Assembly (NCBI GenBank): GCA_964458565.1
Contig: CAYWJO010000030.1
Coordinates: forward strand, 1-39,956
Length of the DNA stretch: 39,956 nt
Source: an uncultured archaeon
GTDB taxonomy: Archaea > Asgardarchaeota > Thorarchaeia > Thorarchaeales > Thorarchaeaceae
Direction of reading: 5' to 3'
In this document: in pieces, positions 1-10,289 of the stretch
Position numbering within the stretch: the first letter of the stretch is position 1
Layout: every line of letters starts with the position of its first letter
Notes under the pieces: model-generated
What the model saw: the letters and a program-made list of their open reading frames with translations, nothing else
Database searches by the model: none
Told to the model about the DNA's origin: nothing
Made by a program: the position numbers and the translations under genes

Positions 1-2
1 AC

Positions 3-233
3 AATTGTACTGGTGCACTGAATCTCTACATTCAGCACTCTCTTCAGACAGACGATTCACTTGATTGTGACATATATGTAGATGCAGTCAATGTGCATAT
101 CGACCTTCCCGTGGGACATTCTGGTGTTCTTAAACTTCTTAATGGGTATCCAAATATCGGGACTGTCTATTACGTTGGATGGACTGAAGGATCGAATGAA
201 TACTGGATAGGAGAACGCCCTTCTTATCCTTGA
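3..233 (+). CDS. 3' end of a hypothetical protein (truncated by window edge)
   Basis: Frame 3 is open from base 3 to TGA at 231-233 (NCTGALNLYIQH...EYWIGERPSYP*). It is beta-strand-rich and not in the ORF track because it has no start in the window. Confidence 0.5.
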   Translation, partial: NCTGALNLYIQHSLQTDDSLDCDIYVDAVNVHIDLPVGHSGVLKLLNGYPNIGTVYYVGWTEGSNEYWIGERPSYP

Positions 234-365
234 GTCCTTATGTCCTTAGGAGCAATCTACACCACAGTCTGGTTGTCTGCTTGATAGGGCGAGAATAGGT
301 GTCTCTCTAGCAGAACAGAGAATCCATGCAAGACTCTATATGATTTCAAATGTACTATATCACAG

Positions 366-629
366 GTGCTGTATAGATTGTTGGATTTGATTCTTCTCAT
401 CGTTAGTGGCCTAGCAATATTGATAGCTGTTTCATGGTATTCTGGAAGAAGACCATATGATGACCCATCAAAATCTCGGCATACAATGCTCTACAGTCAT
501 GACTCCCGAGATATAGCATCAGAGGTCTACTATCCAACATATAGAGATACAACCATGGTCTTCCCACGAAGTAAGAGAGAAGAGAGAAAGAAAACAAAAA
601 CACACGATCAACAAAAAAGGGATCTCTGA
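366..629 (+). CDS. small hypothetical protein with N-terminal transmembrane helix
   Basis: GTG start, hydrophobic N-terminus (LLDLILLIVSGLAILIAVSWY) and basic tail. No family recognised. Confidence 0.4.
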   Translation: MLYRLLDLILLIVSGLAILIAVSWYSGRRPYDDPSKSRHTMLYSHDSRDIASEVYYPTYRDTTMVFPRSKREERKKTKTHDQQKRDL

Positions 630-673
630 AGTGGATACTCAGAGTTATAACACACCCCTGAGAATCCGGACTT

Positions 674-1015
674 ATGCTTGAATTGAGATTCTATGACATT
701 TCGAAAGAGGAATGGACCCCTATTAGAGAAGAGCTCACAACCGGGATAAGAGGTATCACATTACTTCATAATGAATTAAAAGGAATTCATATCACTTTAA
801 CAGAAGTGCAACCTGGGGGTTCCTTTGAACCACACATTGATTCATATGATCATGTCTTATTTTGCCTCTCGGGGGCGGGAGTAGCAAGGATTTCTAGTAA
901 AGAAATCAAAATGATGGAAGGACGAGTGATTGAGATTCCTTCAGGCATAGAACATAGCTATGAAAATACCGGAACTGATACTCTGGTTCTCTTTACTATG
1001 AACATCACGCAATGA
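674..1015 (+). CDS. cupin domain protein
   Basis: Cupin motifs PGGSFEPHIDSYDHVLFCLSG and IPSGIEHSYENTG; 113 aa. Confidence 0.85.
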   Translation: MLELRFYDISKEEWTPIREELTTGIRGITLLHNELKGIHITLTEVQPGGSFEPHIDSYDHVLFCLSGAGVARISSKEIKMMEGRVIEIPSGIEHSYENTGTDTLVLFTMNITQ

Positions 1016-1118
1016 ATCAGAATATTCGTCTATGAACGAATTCAGTACTTGTCGTACATCGATATCCTTATACTTATTCAGAAAACCGAGGGATTACGAC
1101 CTTTAGACGTGACATATT

Positions 1119-2234
1119 ATGGATGCTCATGATGTTTATCTGCACAAGATAGTGACCGTTGTTCCAGAGAAGTTCTATACGCAGGAATTTGCACTTGAAT
1201 TTCTTTTGAAACTAGTAGGTGACGATGAGAAAAAGCGTAGTTTGTTAAAACGGTTATATGCAGGTACACAGATTAAGAAGCGCCATACTGTTATTGATGA
1301 TTATGATAAAGATCCATCTGAGTATACATTCTATCCGAAGAACCCAACATTAAAGCCAGAACCCTCAACTGCAACAAGAAATGATCTCTATATCAAAGAA
1401 GCAAAACGATTGACATTCAAAGCATCGAAGGAACTATTGGAAAGCACACCTGAGTTTGATAGGAGTAAAATCACCCATGTCATTACAGTCAGTTGCACTG
1501 GGTTCCTTGCACCAGGACTCGACTTCTTCTTAACACGTGACTTGGGGCTCAATCCCCAAGTACATAGATTGAATATTGGATTCATGGGGTGTCAAGGCGC
1601 TTTTCCCGCGATGAAGATGGCACGTGATATCTGTCTTGCTAATCCTGATGCCCGAGTACTTGTCGTTAACGTAGAGCTATGCTCAATACACATACAACAA
1701 AGAGAAGAACTTGATGTGGTTGTTTCAAATGCGATTTTCGCTGATGGAATTTCTGCAGCACTAATATCAGCTCACAAGGATGATGTGAAGGGTAACAAAT
1801 ACAGCATGAAGAAATTCGCAACTAGCTTTGCAGCTGAAACTGAAAACGATATGGCATGGACCATTGGTGAGCATGGTTTCTTGATGAAGCTATCAGTTTA
1901 TGTTCCACAAATAGTCAAGGATAACATCAAGCCACTTATGGATGAATTATTTGATGCTTCAAATATCAAGCAGGAGGATATCGACATCTGGGCTATTCAT
2001 CCTGGTGGAAGATCGATATTAGAAAAGTGTGAGGAATCTCTTGGGATAACTAAAGAGGACTTAGACGCATCATACCGTGTAATGCATGAGTATGGGAATA
2101 TGAGTTCAACAACTATCATGTTTGTGTTAAAGGACATTCTAGAAGACACAAAGAAAATTGGTAATGTTTTTGCCGCAGCATTTGGTCCAGGTATAACCGT
2201 TGAAGCAGGACTTATGGAAAAGATTGAAGGCTAG
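1119..2234 (+). CDS. type III polyketide synthase (chalcone/stilbene synthase family)
   Basis: Cys-His-Asn triad: GFMGC158QG, AIH294PGG, YGN327MSS. Also TVSCTG, VELCS, FADG and FGPG motifs; 371 aa. Confidence 0.93.
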   Translation: MDAHDVYLHKIVTVVPEKFYTQEFALEFLLKLVGDDEKKRSLLKRLYAGTQIKKRHTVIDDYDKDPSEYTFYPKNPTLKPEPSTATRNDLYIKEAKRLTFKASKELLESTPEFDRSKITHVITVSCTGFLAPGLDFFLTRDLGLNPQVHRLNIGFMGCQGAFPAMKMARDICLANPDARVLVVNVELCSIHIQQREELDVVVSNAIFADGISAALISAHKDDVKGNKYSMKKFATSFAAETENDMAWTIGEHGFLMKLSVYVPQIVKDNIKPLMDELFDASNIKQEDIDIWAIHPGGRSILEKCEESLGITKEDLDASYRVMHEYGNMSSTTIMFVLKDILEDTKKIGNVFAAAFGPGITVEAGLMEKIEG

Positions 2235-2278
2235 CAATCCAGTTGCATGCCTTCAGCAACAGAGAGTTCTGAGTAATC

Positions 2279-2491
2279 TTAGAGGCGATTTAATGATCCC
2301 AGTATCATGAAAACGATGATCGACACAGGATCAAAGATGAGATATAAAATATTCAATGGTCCATCAAGTCCGCCTGGTGACATTGGAATGATATTTTGCC
2401 AACGCATAAATGACCATACCAATCCCAGAATGAAGTAGACAAGTATTATTATTCCGATTTTCTTAGCTATTCCCAATATGAGTGGCTCCAA
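2279..2491 (-). CDS. small membrane protein (2 TM)
   Basis: 70 aa with two hydrophobic stretches; fills the gap between convergent genes. Confidence 0.55.
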   Translation of the reverse strand: MEPLILGIAKKIGIIILVYFILGLVWSFMRWQNIIPMSPGGLDGPLNILYLIFDPVSIIVFMILGSLNRL

Positions 2492-2566
2492 ACCTTTTCC
2501 ACACTCTTCGATTTTCTCTAAAATAAAAGCATCTAGGATTGATTCTGAAGTGAAGAGTTACTCCAA

Positions 2567-4048
2567 TCATTCTTGGTTCTCTTCATCTTCAGGTCTATAT
2601 CCAAGTCGTCTACTAGGATCAATTCTCAGTCTTTTAGAGTCTCCCTCATTTGCATCATCATATCTCGTTGGTATCGATTCAGGTTCAGCTGCTTCTATTT
2701 CAACTTCGGGTTCCGCATTGCCAATATCAATTGTTGTTTGGCTTTCAGCCACTTCATCTTCTGCTATAGGACTTTCAGCCGATTCTGATGATTTTTTTGA
2801 TTCTATGTCATTGAATGATTCTCTTCTTGTAGTTAGAAACTCAAAGGGTTCCTGCAACGATTTTGTAATCTTTAACCTCGCTTTATACTGCTTGAGATTC
2901 CAAAGGATATCGAGTTTGCTTTTAGTTAGAGAACCCCTATCACTCAAATAACTTGATTCAGACATTTTTGAAAAGTCTGAGAATTGCTTGCCACCAGTGG
3001 GCCGTTGTACGAATATTATAGTTCCCGTGATAAACGTGAGTAAACCAGTGGACAGTAACTCGCTAGGATAGGACATCATGTTTGCCATGTAACTCTGTGC
3101 AGCACCAATAACTATCAGTATCAGACCAAAGATAGTAGCCGGAGTTTTATTGATGAATGTCTTACGTGAAAATGAATGCCACAGATCCGACATGATGAGT
3201 CGGATTCGATTTTCTTTATCTACAATTTCAGTTGAATCATCCTCAAATACAGCATAGTGGTGATAATAATCCCAACAAGCACTCTCAAGTGTCCAAATAT
3301 TATCAGGGCTTTCTCGATAATATAGGAAAATAGGGGCGTAATCCATCCTGTGACATGTAATTCCTATACCAATAAAGCAGAGAAAATATTCGAAAATCAG
3401 AACTACGAGGAAAAGAATTAATCCCGCATAGGTAATGAAACCTATTTGATACAACATATCTTGTGTTGTTGCATGAAAATAAAAAACCGTCAACCATGAG
3501 AACAATCCAAAGGGAGCAAGCAAGGTCGTTCCTCTAATATGGTATTCAGTTTTCTTGTGATCTCTCCAATCCATTACATGTTGCATTACAGGGAATAACC
3601 AGAGAGGTATGCATACTGTTAGGACGAGGGTAGCTAAATACCAGATAATACCTCCAAAATATCCAAGAATTGTTGGAGAGTAGTATGCAAATAAGAGTGC
3701 AAGTCCTGGTACGAGGATATTCCAGAAAACGCTCACACCACCTCTTTGGTGTGTGAAGAGATATAGATATTGAAAACAACGTTCTCTTCGTCCGCTTTCT
3801 TGATCTTTCCTTTCAAGAACTCTAACGAGAGTACCTCCCCAAATCTTACTCCTAAGCTCAGCACGAATCTCCGATCCTACAACATCGATAATTGGGGCGT
3901 TACGAACTATCTCCTCATCTATACCTGGCTGTGTTGTTATATCCTCAATATCAGGATTTAACGACTCATCAATTTCCAAGGTGCTTCCACGTAATTTCTC
4001 TATTGCAGTTCCGAATGATTTTCTTGGCCACTTCTCCTGATCATCCAC
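2567..4048 (-). CDS. hypothetical multi-pass membrane protein with acidic C-terminal tail
   Basis: 493-aa ORF with about 6 hydrophobic segments and conserved-looking soluble motifs (FQYLYLFTHQ, HRMDYAP, WDYYHH, LWHSF). Confidence 0.7.
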   Translation of the reverse strand: MDDQEKWPRKSFGTAIEKLRGSTLEIDESLNPDIEDITTQPGIDEEIVRNAPIIDVVGSEIRAELRSKIWGGTLVRVLERKDQESGRRERCFQYLYLFTHQRGGVSVFWNILVPGLALLFAYYSPTILGYFGGIIWYLATLVLTVCIPLWLFPVMQHVMDWRDHKKTEYHIRGTTLLAPFGLFSWLTVFYFHATTQDMLYQIGFITYAGLILFLVVLIFEYFLCFIGIGITCHRMDYAPIFLYYRESPDNIWTLESACWDYYHHYAVFEDDSTEIVDKENRIRLIMSDLWHSFSRKTFINKTPATIFGLILIVIGAAQSYMANMMSYPSELLSTGLLTFITGTIIFVQRPTGGKQFSDFSKMSESSYLSDRGSLTKSKLDILWNLKQYKARLKITKSLQEPFEFLTTRRESFNDIESKKSSESAESPIAEDEVAESQTTIDIGNAEPEVEIEAAEPESIPTRYDDANEGDSKRLRIDPSRRLGYRPEDEENQE

Positions 4049-4242
4049 AGCGATTACCCATAAGGTAATTTGATTAGGTTACTTATAGAATTTATCACCA
4101 ATCGTTTTAGATTCTAATGATAGCTGAGAATGAAGTGGGGTTGTGCAAGTAGGGATTTAGAATCACAAATAGGAGTACTATGATTTCTGATGATGATTCT
4201 TATCTCGACTATTTGGAATAAGCACAGCAGAATCTCTTTAGT

Positions 4243-4530
4243 TCATTTTTCTTTCTTGTAAAGTTCAACGCTTTGCGCGACTTCAATGATTGGAGCAAAC
4301 CTAAATCTAACCTCAGGCATGTAATGGAGCACAAATCGAGAGAGATGTTCAGGATCATCAGTTTCAACTATTTGGAACCCTTCTGGACCATCTACCATCG
4401 CATAATTCTTCGAAATAAACTTGGGGTATTTTTCAGGATTTGCCTTTATTTCTTTCCGAATTTCATTCAGCTTCTTGATTACTTCTTCACGCTTCTCAGG
4501 GTCGAATTCCCAAAACATGATATATTGCAT
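4243..4530 (-). CDS. DUF3303-like small protein
   Basis: ATG at 4530 is preceded by a GAGGTGA RBS. The pattern MQYIMFWEF...GFQIVETDDPEHL...RFAPII is typical of this archaeal ferredoxin-fold family. Confidence 0.65.
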   Translation of the reverse strand: MQYIMFWEFDPEKREEVIKKLNEIRKEIKANPEKYPKFISKNYAMVDGPEGFQIVETDDPEHLSRFVLHYMPEVRFRFAPIIEVAQSVELYKKEK

Positions 4531-4820
4531 TGTATCACCTCGAATTTGATTGTTAAGTATCTGACAGACCAAGAATAAGAGCGTTGCGAAGCTGGGTTGG
4601 ATGACGTTTCACTTGTTCTACACCACTGATGTCAGAAGATAATGTTTTTATGCTATTAACGAATACGAAGTCCATGTAACATGTCTATGCGATAACGTTT
4701 CAGAGTGTAATCTGAGACTATCAATAGGACATGTAATAATTAAGATGTTGCAGTTTGAATTCCAGGTCAAATGGATTCTCAAATGATATACTGCAACCGT
4801 TAGATAATGGAGGAACAAAC

Positions 4821-6461
4821 ATGAGTCAGCAAGTACCAATTCTCGTGTTGAGAGAAGACACAGAGAGAACACGCGGTCGTGATGCACAGAGAAATAACAT
4901 CATGGCTGCAATAGTGATTGCAGAAGCAGTCAAATCAGCACTTGGACCCCGTGGGATGGACAAGATGCTGGTTGATAGCTTTGGTGATGTTACAGTAAGT
5001 AATGATGGTGCAACTATTCTCAAGGAAATGGATGTACAGCATCCAGCGGCCAAGATGATTATTGAAGTAGCTAAGACTGTAGACGCAGAAGTTGGTGATG
5101 GAACAACCACATCAGCTATTCTTGCAGGTGACCTGTTGAAGCAGGCAGAGGCTCTTCTTGATAAACAGATTCACCCAACTACAATTATCAGTGGGTATCG
5201 TAAAGCAGCTGAGCGAGCACTAGAGGTTATAGATGCATCAGCTGAGAAAGTCGACCCTGCGAGCGCTGATTACAAAAAAATCCTTGTCGACGTCGCCAAG
5301 ACTGCAATGTCAAGCAAGTTCATTTCAACATCCCGTGATTTATTAGCCAAGCTTGTTGTTGATGCAATTCTAGCGATAGCAAAGGATCTACCTGAAGGTC
5401 AAGAACTCGAGGTCGCTGATATTCCACGTCAGAAGCAAGAGGGTCTTCCTGTAGAGCGGACTGAACTTATCAGTGGTCTTGTTTTAGATAAGGAGATTGT
5501 TCATGCTGGAATGCCCAAGCGCGTTGAGAATGCCAAGATTTTAGTCTTAGAATCTCCGCTTGAGGTGACTAAGACTGAATTCGACACTAAGATATCAATA
5601 ACAGACCCCTCCGGAATGCAAAGTTTTCTGGATGAGGAAGAACGTATGTTGAAGCATATGGTTGACAAGATTGTCGAAAGTGGTGCCAATGTTGTGATTG
5701 CACAGAAAGGAATCGATGATGTTGTACAACACTATCTCGCAAAGAATGGTATTCTTGCTGTTCGAAGAGTCAAGAAGTCAGATGTTGAGCGACTTCACAA
5801 GACAACAGGAGCTACAATCGTTTCAAAGATTCAGAACTTAACAGCCGCAGATCTTGGAAAAGCTAAGCTTGTAGAACAGAGACGTGTTGGCGATGACAAA
5901 ATGCTCTTTGTCGAGGGTACTCCAAAATCATCAGTTGTAACAATAATTGTTCGAGGTGGAACTGATCATATTGTTGATGAGGTCGACCGTGCACTTAACG
6001 ATGCACTCTATGTAGTACGTGATGTTGTCTTGCATCCCTATGTCACCTATGGTGGTGGTGCGCTTGCCTCAGAGATATCTCATAATCTGCGAGATTATGC
6101 TTCAAAATTCGAAGGTCGTGAGCAGTACGCTGTGAATGCCTTCGCAGATGCAATTGAATCTCTCCCAATCACGCTTGCAGAAAATGCTGGCCTAGATCCC
6201 ATTGATATCATTGTCGGTCTACGAACTGCACATACAGCAGGTAAGACCACATACGGTGTTGATATGGACAAAGGCAAAGCTGGTGATATGAAGAAGGCGA
6301 GAGTTGTTGAATCCGCGCTAGTGAATCGTCAGATTGTTATGTCTGCTGCAGAAGCTGCACAGATGATTCTAAAAATCGATGACGTCATCTCATCAAAAGG
6401 TGGCGGCATGGGTGGTGGAATGCCTGGCGGTCCTGGCGGCGATATGGACGACGACGAGTAG
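4821..6461 (+). CDS. ths: thermosome subunit (group II chaperonin)
   Basis: [22 protein letters not shown] and GGM-rich C-terminal tail. Start reassigned to ATG 4821 after a GGAGG RBS. Confidence 0.97.
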   Translation: MSQQVPILVLREDTERTRGRDAQRNNIMAAIVIAEAVKSALGPRGMDKMLVDSFGDVTVSNDGATILKEMDVQHPAAKMIIEVAKTVDAEVGDGTTTSAILAGDLLKQAEALLDKQIHPTTIISGYRKAAERALEVIDASAEKVDPASADYKKILVDVAKTAMSSKFISTSRDLLAKLVVDAILAIAKDLPEGQELEVADIPRQKQEGLPVERTELISGLVLDKEIVHAGMPKRVENAKILVLESPLEVTKTEFDTKISITDPSGMQSFLDEEERMLKHMVDKIVESGANVVIAQKGIDDVVQHYLAKNGILAVRRVKKSDVERLHKTTGATIVSKIQNLTAADLGKAKLVEQRRVGDDKMLFVEGTPKSSVVTIIVRGGTDHIVDEVDRALNDALYVVRDVVLHPYVTYGGGALASEISHNLRDYASKFEGREQYAVNAFADAIESLPITLAENAGLDPIDIIVGLRTAHTAGKTTYGVDMDKGKAGDMKKARVVESALVNRQIVMSAAEAAQMILKIDDVISSKGGGMGGGMPGGPGGDMDDDE

Positions 6462-6473
6462 AACTGAATTATT

Positions 6474-6505
6474 CGGGCTCTTTCGAGCCCGTTTTCGCAT
6501 TTTTT
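6474..6505 (+). terminator. hairpin plus T-rich tract after the thermosome gene
   Basis: CGGGCTC-TTTC-GAGCCCG perfect 7-bp stem followed by TTTTCGCATTTTTT. Confidence 0.7.
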
Positions 6506-6673
6506 GCTCTTGATTCACTTTTCGATGTCAAACCATTAGCTTTATCAATTCAGCAACTTCGTCCACAATAACCTTCGTGGGCCTAGATTCTGCTATAGCG
6601 AAGCTTCGAAATCTGAGTCTTCAGTAGCAATTCATGTGCTTATCTTGAAAGGTATGTTATGGGGTACGTAGCA

Positions 6674-7339
6674 ATGTCCAAAGATAACGAAAACGATGAT
6701 GCCATGTCTGATGAGGAAGTAGCTGACCTCGCTGCTACAATACTTCAGAACATCCCTGGCGTTGGACCCAAGACAGCTGAAAAGCTTTTAGAGAGTGAGT
6801 TCTCGGATTTGGAAAAAGTTGTTAATGCCGCACCCGAAGAATTAGCTGAGGCGATTCCAGGTTTCAGTGTTTCAAAAGCTGAAGAGGTCATCAGCGCTGC
6901 AAAACAACTACATCAAGATATTGCTGATGGTACGGTAGACCCATCTGGAAAAGCAAAACGCTCTAAGAGAAAGAAGGTTGTAGAACCTGATCCAGATATA
7001 CATGAGCTTCCCCCTGCACAAGAAATTAAGGAATCGGAGATTCGTACAACACTAGAAACAGGTTTAGATCGTGAAAGAGAAAAAATCGGTGTTCTTGCAG
7101 GTCCTAAATGGCTTACGAGGTTCGAGCGTGCACGAATTGTAGGAGCGCGTGCATTGCAGATATCTATGGGTGCTCCAATTCTTATTGATGCTAAAAAGGC
7201 TCCAAAGAGTCTATTCGCTTTAGCTGAAACCGAACTGAAGGATGGGAGACTCCCAATGACTGTTAGGCGAACATTGCCAACAGGTGAATATTTTGACATT
7301 AGTCTTTCAACTCTACTCAAAAATACACGTTTAGACTAG
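6674..7339 (+). CDS. rpoK: DNA-directed RNA polymerase subunit K/Rpo6 with N-terminal helix-hairpin-helix extension
   Basis: C-terminal [22 protein letters not shown]...[10 protein letters not shown] is the Rpo6/RPB6 signature. N-terminal HhH motifs [12 protein letters not shown] and [12 protein letters not shown]. Start is 6659 or 6674. Confidence 0.9.
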   Translation: MSKDNENDDAMSDEEVADLAATILQNIPGVGPKTAEKLLESEFSDLEKVVNAAPEELAEAIPGFSVSKAEEVISAAKQLHQDIADGTVDPSGKAKRSKRKKVVEPDPDIHELPPAQEIKESEIRTTLETGLDREREKIGVLAGPKWLTRFERARIVGARALQISMGAPILIDAKKAPKSLFALAETELKDGRLPMTVRRTLPTGEYFDISLSTLLKNTRLD

Positions 7340-7415
7340 GTGTCCGTATTTTCATCTGGAAGCATAACCTCTAAATGTCACCTTATTTTCACTTTATGCT
7401 CCTGTGGTGTGAATT

Positions 7416-8744
7416 ATGCAAGAACTACTTCCAACACCTGATCTCGTAATACGTTGTCTTCTTGGTTTTGCAGTTGGAGCTCTTATTGGTGTAGAACGGC
7501 AAAAGGTTCTTACCGAAGAAACAACAGCAGGTGTAAGATCTTTCGGATTACACAGCTTACTTGGAATGTTATCTGCATACACCTCAGTTGCAGTTTCTAA
7601 TACGTGGATATTTCTATACGCGGTATTCATTTCTTCTGTGCTTGTGGCGATGCAACTTGGGTACAAACTCTTTCGAACTACGCGTAAAGGAACAACGACA
7701 TCTATAGTGTTTGCACTATCCTTCGTATTGGGTGCTCTTGTTGGATTTGATGTCATTCCTCCTGGAGATTTTATTGGTCCCCTCGAAGTACTAGCAATGA
7801 CAGTTGCCTTCTTGGTTTTTCTAGTACTTGGTTTTAAAGAGGAGTTTGCTGCTGCAGTAGAAATAATCACTAGGGATGAGATAATGAGCGCTGTTGAATT
7901 GGGGGTCATTATCCTGTTTCTTTGGCCACTACTTCTACCATACCAAACGATTCAACTTGGTCCAATCGCATTTCCACTGTTTAATACGTACGTGCTTGTA
8001 GTTGTCCTCCTCGCCATTAGCTTTATCAACTATATCTTGGTTAAAAAGTTCAAAGACCGTGGTGTATACTTCTTTGGATTTTTTGGTGGATTTGCCAATA
8101 GTGAAGCGACGGTATCCAGTTTAGCGGACTTCCATGTTAACACGGGACGTCAAAATCCAAGCAGGATATCAATATCTACACTTCTAGCAAATATTGCGAT
8201 GGTACTACGAAACGCCGTGATTGTAGTCATCTTGGATACGAGTCTGAGGATAGTAAGCTTCTATCTGATCCCGCTCTTGATTCTTGTTCTGGTTGGTATA
8301 GTTAGAATAATTGTTGAGTATAGAATGAAAACAATGCAAGAAGCAGAGAAGATTGACATAAAACTTGTTTCTCCATTTGAATTTGGACCAGCACTGCGAT
8401 TCGCAGCTGTCTTTACAATGATTTCTATTCTATCTCTTTTCCTTCAAGAAACTTTCAATGACCTTGGAATGATTATTGCAGCGGTATTTGGGGGCTTCGC
8501 GTCTGCTGGTGCGGTTGTGTTCATCGCATCAAGTTCTTTTGTTCAAGGTGGAATTACACTTTCCACAACAGTCTTTGCAGTCATTATTGCAACAACCATG
8601 TCAGTTCTCAATAAAATGATCTACGTATATGCTGCTGATCGAAACCGTAAGCTATTCGACTTGGTCACTCGCGATTCTTTAATCATGGCAGCTGGCGTTA
8701 TTGTGTATCTCATATTGCTAGGTATTGGATTCATTGGTGTTTAG
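7416..8744 (+). CDS. MgtC/SapB family membrane protein (DUF4010 C-terminus)
   Basis: GALIGVER...AGVRSF N-terminal motif, FFGGFANSEAT, and more than 10 TM segments. Confidence 0.85.
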   Translation: MQELLPTPDLVIRCLLGFAVGALIGVERQKVLTEETTAGVRSFGLHSLLGMLSAYTSVAVSNTWIFLYAVFISSVLVAMQLGYKLFRTTRKGTTTSIVFALSFVLGALVGFDVIPPGDFIGPLEVLAMTVAFLVFLVLGFKEEFAAAVEIITRDEIMSAVELGVIILFLWPLLLPYQTIQLGPIAFPLFNTYVLVVVLLAISFINYILVKKFKDRGVYFFGFFGGFANSEATVSSLADFHVNTGRQNPSRISISTLLANIAMVLRNAVIVVILDTSLRIVSFYLIPLLILVLVGIVRIIVEYRMKTMQEAEKIDIKLVSPFEFGPALRFAAVFTMISILSLFLQETFNDLGMIIAAVFGGFASAGAVVFIASSSFVQGGITLSTTVFAVIIATTMSVLNKMIYVYAADRNRKLFDLVTRDSLIMAAGVIVYLILLGIGFIGV

Positions 8745-8893
8745 AAAGGAGCACAACACTTAAAGTGGAACTGAGGTAGGAGTCATCTGGTGACAATAAT
8801 GAGCGTTGGTGACTCTGTTCATCTATTTCAATAGGAACAAGATTAAGTTAGTCTGCCAGCTCTATCGCTGTAAGATGTTTCGGAGGTTAATCA

Positions 8894-10201
8894 ATGAGTG
8901 ATCTCAGAACAGTTAGAGGCATGCGGGACCTGATGGGTCCTGAGATGCGAATACGTGACTATATTGTTGCGACTTGTATCGAAGTCTTCCGATTATATGG
9001 ATACGAACCTTTGGACTCTCCAGTGATGGAACTTTGGGAAACCCTTTCAGCTAAAGGTGGTGAAGAGGTTGAGGCTGAAACCTTCAAGTTCAAGGATAAG
9101 GGTGATCGTGAGGTAGGTCTAAGATTCGACCTCACTGTGCCATTAGCGAGAATAGTTGCTGGGAATCCTCATTTACCCAAACCATTCAAACGCTACGCAG
9201 TTGGAAAGGCTTGGAGATATGATCGTCCTCAGGCTGGAAGATATCGTGAATTTACACAGGCGGATGTAGATATTATTGGTTCTCCAAGTCCAGTAGCTGA
9301 TGCGGAAGTTGTTCTTGTGGCACTCGAAGCTCTTGAACGAATACTTGGGGTGGAATATCTAGTTAGAATCAATAATCGAAAGGTCTTGAAAGGACTAACA
9401 GAAGTAGCAGGAGTCCCTGATGAACTTGCGTTTGAATGTTTCAGAGCGATTGATAAGCTGGACAAAATAGGAGTATCTGGAGTTACTAATGAACTTGAAG
9501 AACGCGGAATCAAATCCAGTTCTACAGACCTCCTTCTTGATGCCATCAAATTGAACGGTAATGACCAAGAGATTTTAGATCAGTTCAAAGACATCTTAAA
9601 ATCATCGGAAATCGGAATAAATGGAACCGAAGAGCTCATGGAGATGGCGAGAATTTTTGAACGCTGTGAAGTGCAGAATCTTGTTGCATTTGATATGTCA
9701 TTAGCTAGAGGTTTAGACTATTACACTGGTCCAGTATTCGAAGTCAGATATCTTGGAACGCCTGATGTAGGCGCAATTGGTGGTGGCGGTAGATACGATC
9801 ATCTAATCGAACGTTTTGGTGGTTCATCAACACCTGCCACTGGAATCTCAGTAGGAGTAGGGCGTCTTATTGATGTACTTCTTGAGCGCGACTTTAATAA
9901 AATTCTAGAACAAACGCTAGATGTTTTCATCGCTCCAATTAAGAGTTCCATGGTGCGGTACGGAATGGCAATACAACGTGGACTTGCGAAGGCAGGTATC
10001 AGTTCAGAAGTGGATATCATGGACCGACCTCTAGGAAAGCTTCTCAGCTTGGCTGATGAGAAAGGTGCAAAATTGACCATAATCATAGGAGCACGCGATA
10101 TTGAAAAAGGAGAAGTTAGTATCCGTGATATGTCTGATAAAAGTACCAAGCAGGTGAAGTTGACACGTATTACTAAGTATGTTAGTAATATGATATCGTG
10201 A
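8894..10201 (+). CDS. hisS: histidine--tRNA ligase
   Basis: RGMRD, LRFDLTVPLAR, RYDRPQAGRYREFTQ, ARGLDYYTG and GGGRYD. Confidence 0.97.
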   Translation: MSDLRTVRGMRDLMGPEMRIRDYIVATCIEVFRLYGYEPLDSPVMELWETLSAKGGEEVEAETFKFKDKGDREVGLRFDLTVPLARIVAGNPHLPKPFKRYAVGKAWRYDRPQAGRYREFTQADVDIIGSPSPVADAEVVLVALEALERILGVEYLVRINNRKVLKGLTEVAGVPDELAFECFRAIDKLDKIGVSGVTNELEERGIKSSSTDLLLDAIKLNGNDQEILDQFKDILKSSEIGINGTEELMEMARIFERCEVQNLVAFDMSLARGLDYYTGPVFEVRYLGTPDVGAIGGGGRYDHLIERFGGSSTPATGISVGVGRLIDVLLERDFNKILEQTLDVFIAPIKSSMVRYGMAIQRGLAKAGISSEVDIMDRPLGKLLSLADEKGAKLTIIIGARDIEKGEVSIRDMSDKSTKQVKLTRITKYVSNMIS

Positions 10202-10289
10202 ACCGCAACTTGGTGGATTTGAGATTGAATTTCATACCTGACACAAAGGTTTTTGCCTAGATTGATTATGTTACTACCGGCGATTCAGC

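Noticed and set aside
231-284. Possible TGA readthrough (Sec) or premature stop in the first partial ORF; the frame continues VLMSLGAIYTTVWLSA*
   Set aside because: No redox motif or SECIS is recognisable, the extension is only 16 codons, and the gene is truncated by the window, so it cannot be evaluated.
2478-2951. 157-aa Ser-rich plus-strand ORF, and similar antisense ORFs such as 4826-5110, 6913-7320, 7394-7909, 17295-17744, 24421-24690 and 30779-31144
   Set aside because: Shadow frames antisense to well-supported genes, with the expected complementary-codon composition.
4170-4221. AGGAG followed by a 13-codon mini-ORF (MISDDDSYLDYLE*)
   Set aside because: Too short to support; could be chance or a gene remnant.
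6520-6650. Intergenic region before rpoK checked for tRNA or ncRNA
   Set aside because: No cloverleaf or T-loop consensus; only short weak palindromes.
8745-8893. Short inverted repeats upstream of hisS (GAGTCA/TGACTC, TGTTC/GAACA)
   Set aside because: Stems of 5-6 bp only; no T-box or other recognisable leader.
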